Shown here in pieces: positions 31,711-41,293 of a stretch of DNA of 64,000 bases. The translations under genes were made by a program, and so were the position numbers. The DNA is from Candidatus Latescibacterota bacterium (lineage in GTDB: Bacteria; Latescibacterota; UBA2968; GCA-2709665), in NCBI GenBank assembly GCA_965237675.1, contig OZ250150.1, positions 3,232,001 through 3,296,000 on the forward strand, given 5' to 3'. Every line of letters begins with the position of its first letter. Within the stretch, counting starts at the first letter, position 1. The notes beneath the pieces were generated by a model. It did not search any database and had not been told where the DNA came from. It saw only the letters and a program-made list of their open reading frames with translations.

Positions 31711-33633
31711 ATGATTACCAAATGGAAAGTCTTTAACTTTAAGTCAATTCGGGAGGAAACCGAGCTTGATCTCGGGCCGCTTACGATTTTCGCTGGTGCG
31801 AACAGCAGCGGCAAGAGCACGTTTATTCAATCCGTCCTACTTGTTGCGCAAACATTGGCACATAAAGTCGGATCACGCTCTGTCGTATTGAATGGTGCTC
31901 TCACCAGTTTGGGCCAGTTTGATGACCTGAAATCCAACGGTGGCGAGTCAGACCAAATCACCATCAAATGCACATGTCGGCCGCTGACGGATCAGGAGGC
32001 TGCAATCCCACGGAGATCTCAATTCGCTCCCCGTGGTGCTATTTACTATGGACCGCGCTCCGATCAGCTTCAGGAAATCGCTTGCGAGATCTCTTTCGAT
32101 GCTGATCCATCAAGCTCCGAGCGTGATCTGTTTCAAATCCAACCTCGGCTTTTTGCCACCCAGTTGTCCTGCGTATCCAGAGACGAGGATAACGTTGATC
32201 AGAAAGCAGACATCTCTATTCACCACTCCACCAAGGCCATTTCCGAGATTGAGGGAGCTGATGTTGCGAGTGAAATCGACGATCAGCTACGTGCCGGTTT
32301 GGCCTATGCGGTTGAACTGGACGAGAATTTCATGACCGAGGTCAAGGAGGATTTTCGCTCGGCCAAGCCTATCGGCTGCATGCTGAGACACTTCCTTCCC
32401 GAGAGAATCATATACGCCATCGATACCATTGAAGAGGATGCGAACGCCATCACCGTGGCACTCCAGGGCGATAGCCGTCGCGGCATGGGCTTACGACGCA
32501 GTGTGGGAAGGGGGATTCTTCTTTCCGAAGAGATCATTGCGCTCTTGCGCGAAATCCTCGAAGGAATAATGGATTTCGACCAGGCCATCAAGGACAAGTA
32601 TCGGCAGGAGTCACTGTTTGGTTCCGAGTCTGAGACACTCACATTCAGGGAATGGTATGAAGGACTACGTGACCTTCCCCGCACCGAGCGCCTGAAGGTT
32701 CAGCAGGTACTGCGTGAGCGTGAGGACCTTTTTGACCGCATCCATGCAGCCATGAAGGCATCGACAGCTGAGAAGTCAGAAACCCATGACTTTGTCCAAG
32801 CTAGGCCACCTCGCTTAATAACGGAAGCCACCTTGTACCTGGACAATTTCTTCGCCTCGTCTTTGAAATATCTCGGTCCATTGAGAGATACTCCCAAGCC
32901 GCTGTACCCGCTCGCACCAGCCGCCGATCCACATGACGTAGGCCTGCGCGGTGAACACACGGCTTCGATTCTTGAATTGCACAAGAACAAGAAAATACGC
33001 TACATCCCATCGGAAAATTTCAGAGATCCGGGAATTAATCGGAAGACGGTAACCCGAACGCTCGAAGCAGCGGTTACCGATTGGCTCCAATATCTTGGTG
33101 TGGCCAGCTCAGTAAAAAGCCGGGACCAGGGTAAACTGGGACATGAACTGAAGGTAGGCCTGTCCAACTCGGACAGCACACACGACCTTACGCACGTGGG
33201 TGTAGGCGTCAGTCAGGTGTTACCGATCCTCCTTGTGTGCCTTCTGGCGGACACGGACTCTACACTCGTCTTTGAGCAGCCGGAGCTGCATTTGCACCCC
33301 AGGGTTCAGACCCTGCTGGGGGATTTCTTTCTTTCGATAGCGTTATGCAACAAGCAGTGCGTTGTTGAGACCCACAGCGAATACTTTATCGATCGCCTTC
33401 GTTTCCGAATTGCCGCGGCATCACCTGAGAACGAGTTGAACAGTCAGGCCAAGATCTACTTCGTGGAAAAGTCATCACGGGCTTCATCTTTCCGAGAGGT
33501 GGTGATTAACGAGTATGGGGCGATTTCAGACTGGCCGGATGGGTTCTTTGACCAGTCCCAACAGCAGGCTGAGGAAATCCTAAGAGCGGCGGCGATGAAA
33601 CGGAAAGCGGGCCGGAGAAATAAAGATGCATAG
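31711..33633 (+). CDS. ABC/AAA_21-type ATPase with C-terminal DUF3696-like domain
   Basis: NFKS, LTIFAGANSSGKSTFIQ, YLGPLR, VGVGVSQVLP, FEQPELHLHP, ETHSEY, WPDGFFDQ. ATGA overlap with the pglXI stop. Confidence 0.88.
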   Translation: MITKWKVFNFKSIREETELDLGPLTIFAGANSSGKSTFIQSVLLVAQTLAHKVGSRSVVLNGALTSLGQFDDLKSNGGESDQITIKCTCRPLTDQEAAIPRRSQFAPRGAIYYGPRSDQLQEIACEISFDADPSSSERDLFQIQPRLFATQLSCVSRDEDNVDQKADISIHHSTKAISEIEGADVASEIDDQLRAGLAYAVELDENFMTEVKEDFRSAKPIGCMLRHFLPERIIYAIDTIEEDANAITVALQGDSRRGMGLRRSVGRGILLSEEIIALLREILEGIMDFDQAIKDKYRQESLFGSESETLTFREWYEGLRDLPRTERLKVQQVLREREDLFDRIHAAMKASTAEKSETHDFVQARPPRLITEATLYLDNFFASSLKYLGPLRDTPKPLYPLAPAADPHDVGLRGEHTASILELHKNKKIRYIPSENFRDPGINRKTVTRTLEAAVTDWLQYLGVASSVKSRDQGKLGHELKVGLSNSDSTHDLTHVGVGVSQVLPILLVCLLADTDSTLVFEQPELHLHPRVQTLLGDFFLSIALCNKQCVVETHSEYFIDRLRFRIAAASPENELNSQAKIYFVEKSSRASSFREVVINEYGAISDWPDGFFDQSQQQAEEILRAAAMKRKAGRRNKDA

Positions 33634-34675
33634 CCTACCCAGCGTAACAATTGACGCGGGCGTGCTCGCCGTTCCCCATGTTGATTGCGCTAAGGATGAT
33701 GCATTCCAGTATGTGGAGACGTTATTGGATTGGAGCAAGTTGCTTGATGAGCCGTGGGTCGCCATTTACATGAGCGAGCGGGCTTCCGAGTCTCTTTTTG
33801 CCGATGGATTGTATCCACTGAGGGAGCAACTGAGAGAACTATTCAATGCCCACGGCATAGTGGAATTCGATGTAAATACGGTCGCTAGGATTGCCAATCA
33901 GCTTCTGGTGATCACTCCATCCTTTGAAACCTACTATCGGACCAAGGACATCTTGTCAGAGCATCTTGAAACAGATCCGGATGTTATCCGGCTTACAACT
34001 CATGACGGTCTCCAATCTGATCTTGCCCGATGTATAACGTTGATCGCTGTCCTGCGTAAACACTGCTCTCAACCTCTTGGCGGCCATTCACTCATTCTGA
34101 GAGATGCGCCCAAACAGGTGATCCAAGTAAGAGCCCAGATCCACGAGTTCGAACATACCAGAGACGATATTCCGCCCTTGCCGTCCCCGCCAGAGTACTT
34201 TGAAGGCGATGTGCTGGCCTGTGACGATTTTCGTGGGCTGATCGAATGTCTCGATGAGTCGGCAATACTATCCGGTGCGTCTGACAACCTTGGAATTGCA
34301 CTCGCCGTCCGAATTGGCCTGTTCAAGGACGCCATTGCGCAAGGCGATGCCCCTGACTGGGGAGGAGTGATTGTTCCAACCATAGGGTCCAGATTCCGGG
34401 AGTTGTGCCAGCAGGTTTGTGCTGACCAAGGGGCCTCTGTGCCGCCCAAGGTTCTCCGATCAATCGTAGAGACTATCAAAGGACGCAATCTTCCGGCGGT
34501 ACACGCTCTGCGAACAGGGCCGGGAGGGAATGATCCGCAAAGGACGAGAGGCCCCGATAAGGCAGAGCGTCGCGATATCGATAAAGAATTTCATCTTCAC
34601 TACTGGAAATGCGCCGACGGGATTGTCGAGTTGGCGTCAGTGGTTTATCACAACGATTTTACAATTCCGGGATGA
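33626..34675 (+). CDS. Uncharacterised protein, putative effector partner of the ATPase
   Basis: 349 aa, overlaps the ATPase by 8 nt and brxHII by 4 nt. C-terminal RRDIDKEFHLHYWK...VELASVVYH suggests a RelE-like fold. Confidence 0.75.
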   Translation: MHSLPSVTIDAGVLAVPHVDCAKDDAFQYVETLLDWSKLLDEPWVAIYMSERASESLFADGLYPLREQLRELFNAHGIVEFDVNTVARIANQLLVITPSFETYYRTKDILSEHLETDPDVIRLTTHDGLQSDLARCITLIAVLRKHCSQPLGGHSLILRDAPKQVIQVRAQIHEFEHTRDDIPPLPSPPEYFEGDVLACDDFRGLIECLDESAILSGASDNLGIALAVRIGLFKDAIAQGDAPDWGGVIVPTIGSRFRELCQQVCADQGASVPPKVLRSIVETIKGRNLPAVHALRTGPGGNDPQRTRGPDKAERRDIDKEFHLHYWKCADGIVELASVVYHNDFTIPG

Positions 34676-37566
34676 TGCCGATGCAGGATGTTTGGCAATA
34701 CAGCACCGTTCATAACAGCGCCTGCAAGGTCATCGAGGAACGGACCTTGTGGGGGCAGACGGTGTGCCGTGTCTGGTTGCCGAACCAGGATACGGTGGTG
34801 CGCCTGCCCCGCTCCGCCTTGCGGCCGCTGAATGTCGACTTACAGCCGGAGATCGAGACCGGACGCATTGCCTATGTGGCCGCCGCAGCCAAGGTGGCCG
34901 AGGTGCTCGAGGGTTCTACCAGCGCCACTGACGGCCATGTCCTGCTGGCCCCCATGGAGTCGAATGTTATTCCGCTGCCGCACCAGATCCACGCCTTGTC
35001 CCGGGCTATCTCCGGTGACCGCGTGCGCTATCTGCTGGCCGACGAGGTGGGTCTCGGTAAGACCATCGAGGCCGGTCTGATCATGCGCGAACTCAAGCTG
35101 CGCGGGCTGGTGCGCCGAACGCTAGTCGTCTCTCCCAAAGGTATCGCCACCCAGTGGGTAGCGGAAATGCAGACCCACTTCAACGAGCAGTTCCAGCTCG
35201 TTCTGGGCGACGACATCAGCACACTGCAACGCATGGCTCCAGGAGTGGACCACCGGAGCTCTGCCTGGTCGAAGTTCGATCAGGTCATCGTCTCGCTGGA
35301 TTCGGTCAAACCCATGGATAAGCGGCGCGGCTGGACCGCCGAGCGCGTTGCCGAATACAACCGCAGTCGGTTCGAGGATCTGATTACCGCCGGTTGGGAT
35401 CTGGTGGTGGTGGACGAAGCGCACCGTCTGGCCGGAAGCACCGATCAGGTCGCCCGCTACAAACTAGGCAAAGGGCTGGCGGAGGCCGCGCCCTATGTAC
35501 TGCTCCTTTCGGCCACGCCCCACCAGGGCAAGACCGATGCCTTCCACCGCTTGATGAACCTGCTGGATGACGACGCCTTTCCTGATATGGACAGCGTCTC
35601 CCTCGACCGGATAGCTCCGTATGTCATCCGCACCGAGAAGCGCAAGGCCATTGATGCCGACGGCAACCCGCTCTTCAAACCCCGGCGCACGCAGATGGCC
35701 CCGGTCGCCTGGGAGAGTCGTCACCACTTGCAACAGCTCCTCTATGAGGCGGTGACCGACTATGTACGGGAGGGTTACAACCAGGCCCTGCGGGAGAAGA
35801 AGCGCCACATCGGGTTTTTGATGATTCTGATGCAGCGCCTGGTGGTCTCGAGTACCTGGGCGATCCGCACCACCCTGGAACGGCGGCTCGCCGCACTCAA
35901 GGATGGTGAACAGCAAGCCAGCCTTCGCCTGGCGGAGCTTGAGAACGGCGAGGCTGGCTCGGAGAATCTCGATGAGTTGTACGACATGGATGGGCAGGAG
36001 CTGCTCGATGAGTTGCTGAAATCCCATGTGTCGGCTCTGCAGAGCGAAGGCAGCCACGTGGAGACCCTGCTGCATGCGGCGGTACGTTGCGAACATGCGG
36101 GACCGGACGCCAAGGCCGAGGCGCTGATGGAGTGGGTATTTCAACTTCAGGCCGAGGAAAACGAGCCGGATCTGATGGTTTTGATCTTCACCGAGTTCGT
36201 GCCGACCCAGGAGATGCTGAAGGAGTTTCTCGAAGCCCGGGGCATTTCGGTTGCCACCCTGAACGGCTCCATGGATATGGAGGAACGCAAGCAGGCCCAC
36301 GATGCCTTCCGCACGTCGCACCGCGTGCTGGTTTCCACGGACGCGGGCGGTGAAGGTTTGAACCTTCAGTTCGCCCACGTCATCATCAACTACGACATCC
36401 CCTGGAACCCGATGCGGCTGGAACAGCGGATCGGCCGCGTGGACCGTATCGGCCAGCCCAAGACGGTAAGGGCCATCAATTTTGTCTTTGAGGATTCGGT
36501 CGAGTTCCGGGTCCGCGAAGTGCTGGAGCAGAAGCTCTCGGTGATCTTCGACGAGTTCGGCATCGACAAGACTGGTGACGTGCTTGACTCTGCCCAGGCC
36601 GGTGAGTTGTTCGAGGATATGTTCGCCTCGGCGATCCTCAATCCCGATGGTATCGAGACCTCCGTTGACTATACGGTGGCTCGGATTCGGGATGAAATCC
36701 AACAGGTGCGAGAGTCCTCGGCCATCTACGGCATCTCAGAAGAACCCGATGTGCAAACCGCTGAACGCCTGCGCTCGCATCCACTGCCCCACTGGGTGGA
36801 ACGGATGACGGTGGGTTACCTCAATTCCCATGGCGGCGTGGCCAACCGCACGCGCTCTTGGTGGGATCTGAATTGGCCGGACGGCCAGGAACACCGCAAA
36901 TGCGTATTCAGCGCCCGAGAAGCGGATCGTCTGACCGACGCCACGCTGCTCAATCTTGAGAATAGTCGAGTACGTGGGCTCGCCCTGAACCTGCCACAGG
37001 TAGTGGCCGGTCAGCCTTTGCCTTGCGTAACCGTAAGCGGGCTGCCCGCAAGCATCTCCGGGTTCTGGGGGCTGTTCGAGATTCGTCTCCAGGCCGGGAT
37101 GCACCAGAAGACGCAACTCCTCCGCATTTCCAGTGTTCGGCGTGGCTATGTCAGTGTGTTCTTGAGCGAGGAAGGCAAACTGTTTCTGCCCACCGCCAGG
37201 CATATCTGGGATGCGTTGCAGACACCGGAATCCCAGGTGCAAGGCAATCTCGGGCAGGATGAATCCTTTGCCGCCCATGCGCGTTTACAGGAAGCGGCCG
37301 AACAGGCAGGACAGGGGCTGTTCGACGCCCTGCAGCAGGCGCACCTTGCCTCTGTGGTGCGTGAAGAGGAACGCGGAATCGTTTCCTTTGCCTCGCGCCG
37401 TAAGGCCATTGAACGGGTTGGCCTGCCGGAGGTGCGGCAATTCAGGTTGTCCCGTTGCGACGCAGACGAGTGCGAATGGCGACATGAACTGCAATCGGCG
37501 CGGCAGATCGTGCCGGACATCCGGCCGCTTCTGATGCTGCGCATTATCAAGGGACGCACTCAATGA
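34672..37566 (+). CDS. brxHII: BREX-3 SNF2-family helicase BrxHII
   Basis: LLADEVGLGKT, VVVDEAH, LSATPHQG, STDAGGEGLNLQ, PWNPMRLEQRIGRVDRIGQ. Upstream of pglZ. Confidence 0.9.
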   Translation: MMPMQDVWQYSTVHNSACKVIEERTLWGQTVCRVWLPNQDTVVRLPRSALRPLNVDLQPEIETGRIAYVAAAAKVAEVLEGSTSATDGHVLLAPMESNVIPLPHQIHALSRAISGDRVRYLLADEVGLGKTIEAGLIMRELKLRGLVRRTLVVSPKGIATQWVAEMQTHFNEQFQLVLGDDISTLQRMAPGVDHRSSAWSKFDQVIVSLDSVKPMDKRRGWTAERVAEYNRSRFEDLITAGWDLVVVDEAHRLAGSTDQVARYKLGKGLAEAAPYVLLLSATPHQGKTDAFHRLMNLLDDDAFPDMDSVSLDRIAPYVIRTEKRKAIDADGNPLFKPRRTQMAPVAWESRHHLQQLLYEAVTDYVREGYNQALREKKRHIGFLMILMQRLVVSSTWAIRTTLERRLAALKDGEQQASLRLAELENGEAGSENLDELYDMDGQELLDELLKSHVSALQSEGSHVETLLHAAVRCEHAGPDAKAEALMEWVFQLQAEENEPDLMVLIFTEFVPTQEMLKEFLEARGISVATLNGSMDMEERKQAHDAFRTSHRVLVSTDAGGEGLNLQFAHVIINYDIPWNPMRLEQRIGRVDRIGQPKTVRAINFVFEDSVEFRVREVLEQKLSVIFDEFGIDKTGDVLDSAQAGELFEDMFASAILNPDGIETSVDYTVARIRDEIQQVRESSAIYGISEEPDVQTAERLRSHPLPHWVERMTVGYLNSHGGVANRTRSWWDLNWPDGQEHRKCVFSAREADRLTDATLLNLENSRVRGLALNLPQVVAGQPLPCVTVSGLPASISGFWGLFEIRLQAGMHQKTQLLRISSVRRGYVSVFLSEEGKLFLPTARHIWDALQTPESQVQGNLGQDESFAAHARLQEAAEQAGQGLFDALQQAHLASVVREEERGIVSFASRRKAIERVGLPEVRQFRLSRCDADECEWRHELQSARQIVPDIRPLLMLRIIKGRTQ

Positions 37567-39557
37567 GTAGTTGGCGAGACGCCATCCTGACCGACTTTGT
37601 ACCCAACGTCAGCAAGCTGACCTTGGTCGCGGACTCGGACAGTCTGCTGACCGAGGAAAAGCTGGCGTTGGAGCTTCGCGCGCGCGGGTTCGACCTGATC
37701 GAGTTCAATGACCCGGTCGAATTCAGATACGCCTATGAGTCCAAGTACCGCTCAATCTGGGACCTGGGCGAGCACACCGATCTGGTGGTGATCCTCCGCT
37801 TGCAGGATGCCGAGCTGATATCCTTGCCTTACGACCTACTCCAGGCAGGTCGGAAGCTTTCGTTCAATCTTGGAGATCTCTTTCCCAACCTGAGCTATCC
37901 GGTCATTGAGGAACTCGACCGGAGCCTGCTCGACGCGCTCTTTGAGGCCCAGCGCAAGTCGGCTCTGGATCGTATGGGCGACAACGCCACCAAGGATTAC
38001 ATTCTCCGCCATGTGTTCGGCATCGCCCCAGAACTGATTGCCAACGAGGTGGAGCTGCTTCGCGCTTTGCTTCGCATGCATTATGGGAAACTTCAGATCC
38101 CGCTGATGCTGGCCGAGCGGCTCATACAGGTTCTCAGAAGCCATGACGGGTTCAAGACCTGGCCGCTTTCTGAAATCGTTCCGGACGACGAGGCATTCTT
38201 CGCCTTTTTGCAGGAACGCTGGCCGCTATTTCTGTCCAGGCTTGGCGGTGCCAATCAGATACGGGAAGACTCGCGGGAATATGGCCTCAAGTATCCCGGC
38301 CCCGATCATCTGCCGTTCGACCATCAGGACATAAAGATCTACATCGACAACCTGTTCCTGGAGGGCAGACTCACGCCTGTCGAGGCCACAGATATTGAAG
38401 TGGATGCCCGGTCTTGGGTTCGATGCGGCATTGCCATGGCCGGTGTATATGACCAAGATCTTCGTGTTTCCCGCCTGTTTGGCCTTGTCGAGGAGGAGCT
38501 GCCCACACCTGAAGCGCGGTACGCTGACTGGACCTCCTTTGCGCTGAAATGGGCCGAGCTTTCTTCGCTGGTGCATTGCGGCAACAGTACCGAATATCAG
38601 ACTCGGCTCAGGGAAATCGGTGATGCCCTGAATACGATCTTTGCCGGATGGTTGGCCGACCACTATTCCAGTCTGATCAACCTGCCGCCGACACATCCGG
38701 CTATGGTGCACCATGTACTGCGTCGCCTCGCTCGGGACATTGACGACTCCGGTAGCAGCCGTGCCGCGCTGATCGTGGTCGATGGCCTTGCTCTGGACCA
38801 GTGGGTGACCATCCGCCAGCTTTTGCAACAGCAGGATGTCAATCTGGTCATGCGCGAATCCGCGACGTTCGCCTGGATTCCGACGCTGACCTCGGTATCG
38901 AGACAATCGATCTTCTCGGGCAAGCCACCGCTCTATTTCCCGTCAACCATCAACTCGACCAATAGCGAAGAGAAACTTTGGAAGCAGTTTTGGGAAGGCC
39001 ATGGCTTGTCGCGGCTGGATGTCGCTTACCAGCGAGGCCTCGGTGACGGCGATGCATCCAGCGTACTCGACTCCGTAATTCATCCCGACAAGACCAAGGT
39101 GGTGGGGCTGGTCGTGGACAAGGTCGACAAGATAATGCACGGCATGCAACTCGGCTCGGCCGGGATGCACAACCAGATCAAGCAGTGGTGCCGGAGTGGG
39201 TTCCTTGCTGCGCTGGTCGGCCAACTGCTGGATTACAGGTATGAGGTCTGGCTGACGGCCGATCATGGCAACATTCAATGCGACGGCAAAGGTCGCCCAT
39301 CTGAGGGTGTGATTGCCGAGATACGCGGCGAGCGGGTTCGTGTGTACCCCACGACGGAACTCCGGTCCCAGGTCGCTGGGTCCTTCCCGTTTGCCCACGA
39401 GTGGCAGCCGGTCGGGTTGCCAGCGGACTATTTCCCCCTGGTGGCCAGTGGCCGCGACGCATTCGTAAATCCTGGAGAGGCCATCGTAGGTCACGGCGGT
39501 GTAGCCATCGAAGAAGTCATCGTGCCCCTTGTGAAGTTTGAAAGGACGACACGGTGA
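37563..39557 (+). CDS. pglZ: BREX-3 phosphatase-domain protein PglZ
   Basis: LIVVDGLALDQW, FAWIPTLTSVSRQSIF, LTADHGN, HGGVAIEEVIVP. Confidence 0.93.
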   Translation: MSSWRDAILTDFVPNVSKLTLVADSDSLLTEEKLALELRARGFDLIEFNDPVEFRYAYESKYRSIWDLGEHTDLVVILRLQDAELISLPYDLLQAGRKLSFNLGDLFPNLSYPVIEELDRSLLDALFEAQRKSALDRMGDNATKDYILRHVFGIAPELIANEVELLRALLRMHYGKLQIPLMLAERLIQVLRSHDGFKTWPLSEIVPDDEAFFAFLQERWPLFLSRLGGANQIREDSREYGLKYPGPDHLPFDHQDIKIYIDNLFLEGRLTPVEATDIEVDARSWVRCGIAMAGVYDQDLRVSRLFGLVEEELPTPEARYADWTSFALKWAELSSLVHCGNSTEYQTRLREIGDALNTIFAGWLADHYSSLINLPPTHPAMVHHVLRRLARDIDDSGSSRAALIVVDGLALDQWVTIRQLLQQQDVNLVMRESATFAWIPTLTSVSRQSIFSGKPPLYFPSTINSTNSEEKLWKQFWEGHGLSRLDVAYQRGLGDGDASSVLDSVIHPDKTKVVGLVVDKVDKIMHGMQLGSAGMHNQIKQWCRSGFLAALVGQLLDYRYEVWLTADHGNIQCDGKGRPSEGVIAEIRGERVRVYPTTELRSQVAGSFPFAHEWQPVGLPADYFPLVASGRDAFVNPGEAIVGHGGVAIEEVIVPLVKFERTTR

Positions 39558-40312
39558 TGGGCAAAAGACACGAAGCTATCGGCATCAAGCAGGCGATCCG
39601 TTTTGAGTGGGTGCAGAAAGCAGCTAATCTGCTGCTGGCTGGACTTGACGCAAAAACCATCCGCCAGGAGCTACATGAGTTTCTCGCTGACAGAAAAGGC
39701 AATGGCGCCGAGGGTGAACGAAGCGACCAGACTCGAACCTTTGTCGTCAACAATCTGATGAAGATCTGGGTGTCTCCAGACCCAGAGTTGATTCCCTTCC
39801 GGGAGGCCTCACTGGCGTTTTTGCGGGAGCACCCGTCGATGGCCCGGGCCGTTCACTGGGGAATGATCTCGGCGGTCTATCCGTTCTGGTTCAATGTGGC
39901 CCGGCAAACTGGCCGTTTGTTGGCCTTGCAGGATCAGGTGACCCAGACGCAGATCATCAACCGCCTTAAGGAACAGTATGGCGACCGGCAGACCGTGAGC
40001 CGCTATGCACGGTACGTTGTCCGCTCCTTTGTTGCTTGCGGAGCCCTGAAGGATTCGAAGGCCAAGGGTTGCTATGAGAAAGCCGCTCCGTTACGCATTG
40101 CCGATGCAAACCTGGCGATCCTGATGTTCGAGTCCGCACTCTTGGCCACTCCGGAGGCCAGAGGAGCATTGGGGCTGCTCCTGAAGAATCCGGCATTCTT
40201 CCCATTCCAGCTTCCTGTAATGACTGGCGACTTTGTATCCCAACGTAGCGACCGGATCGACGTGGTTCGCTATGGGCTGGACGACGAGCTGTTGAAGTTG
40301 AAGGGCAACTAA
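39554..40312 (+). CDS. brxA: BREX-3 BrxA-like protein
   Basis: Last, translationally coupled gene of the BREX-3 order. VHWGMISAVYPF, GRLLALQD, YGDR motifs. Confidence 0.7.
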   Translation: MMGKRHEAIGIKQAIRFEWVQKAANLLLAGLDAKTIRQELHEFLADRKGNGAEGERSDQTRTFVVNNLMKIWVSPDPELIPFREASLAFLREHPSMARAVHWGMISAVYPFWFNVARQTGRLLALQDQVTQTQIINRLKEQYGDRQTVSRYARYVVRSFVACGALKDSKAKGCYEKAAPLRIADANLAILMFESALLATPEARGALGLLLKNPAFFPFQLPVMTGDFVSQRSDRIDVVRYGLDDELLKLKGN

Positions 40313-40388
40313 GGGGGACAGAATGGCTCTAATGAAAACAGAAACTAGTTTTGTTTCAATGAGTTACAGGTGTTCAGCGTAATCCTTC

Positions 40389-40566
40389 ACGTGCTGCATC
40401 CAGTCGGAACGGCCGGAGATCAGCACGGCCGCAATAGCCGCCAGTGCGCCAGGTATGGCCGCGCCGTATTCGGTCTGCCGCGGATGCCCCATCCCACCGA
40501 TAGAGACAGGCCGCAAAGGGCCACGAGTTGCCATGTAATGCCCGTTGTTGCCAGTTGCAGGTCCAT
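40389..40566 (-). pseudogene. Truncated, frameshifted 5' copy of the membrane protein gene at 18438-20066
   Basis: Same start sequence, net 7-bp loss near 40478-40485, homology ends at 40389. Confidence 0.85.
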
Positions 40567-41293
40567 ATTACGGCGGCCCTGGGCCGGTGTCGATAACGAG
40601 ATTGCCGTAGTCGTCTACGTTTACCGTACACCCTGGGGGAATGAACGTTGTGGAGTCGATTTCCTCGACAATGGCGGGGCCCGGGAAGCGGTTGTCCGCC
40701 TTCAGACGATACCGGTCATAAATCGCCGTGGCTGCCCTGGCCGCGGACCCGGGCATGTGGACGTCGCGTTCGGCCTTCAGGGCGGCGTGCGCGGATGGTT
40801 TGCCTTTGGGAGCCCGCCGGTGGCTGGGGCGGGGAACGGCTCCCACGGCGGAGAGGCGTACATTGACGATTTCCGTGGGCTCATCCCGGGTTGCGAAACC
40901 GTACTGGCGCCGGTGTGCGGCGAAAAAAGCGGCGTTTAATTTCTCGGGAAGATCCTTTGACAACCGCCCGACGGGTACTCGAAGTTCGTAGGATTGGCCC
41001 GTATACCGCATGTCCGCCTCCCGGACGAATCGGATATTGGAGCGGGAGACACCCTCACTCAAAAGCAGGCGGGTCGCATTCTCTTCGAATTCGCGGTAGA
41101 TGCCCGAAAGGCCGGGCAGGTCCAGGTCGTCCGTTTTTGAAATGTAGGTACGTACGTAGTCGTGACGCAGGTCGGTAACGAGCAGACCGAGCGCCGTGGT
41201 AACGCCCGGGCTGGGCGGTACGAGTACTGTGCGGATATGCAGCGCCTTTGCGAGCGCGGCGGCGTGGAGGGGGCCGGCGCCGCCGAAAGCGAC
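40389..41293. repeat. Right ~0.9 kb direct repeat flanking the BREX island
   Basis: Copy of 19882-20793. Confidence 0.95.

Larger units (their letters stand above)
27197..31714 (+). pseudogene. pglXI: BREX-3 DNA methyltransferase PglXI interrupted by IS1380
   Basis: 5' part has LSDPPYYTACPNPW, HSYHTKVP and PGDIVFDGFCGTGMTG. 3' part has DYAFIDPPFGENIYYSDLN and LKPGRWLTVEFSNS. Removing the IS and one TTAG gives continuous ...KNDLEISYEEN... (941 aa). Confidence 0.9.

Noticed and set aside
29795-31714. 639-aa ORF as an independent methyltransferase gene
   Set aside because: Its first 11 codons come from the IS1380 end. The rest is the 3' half of pglXI.
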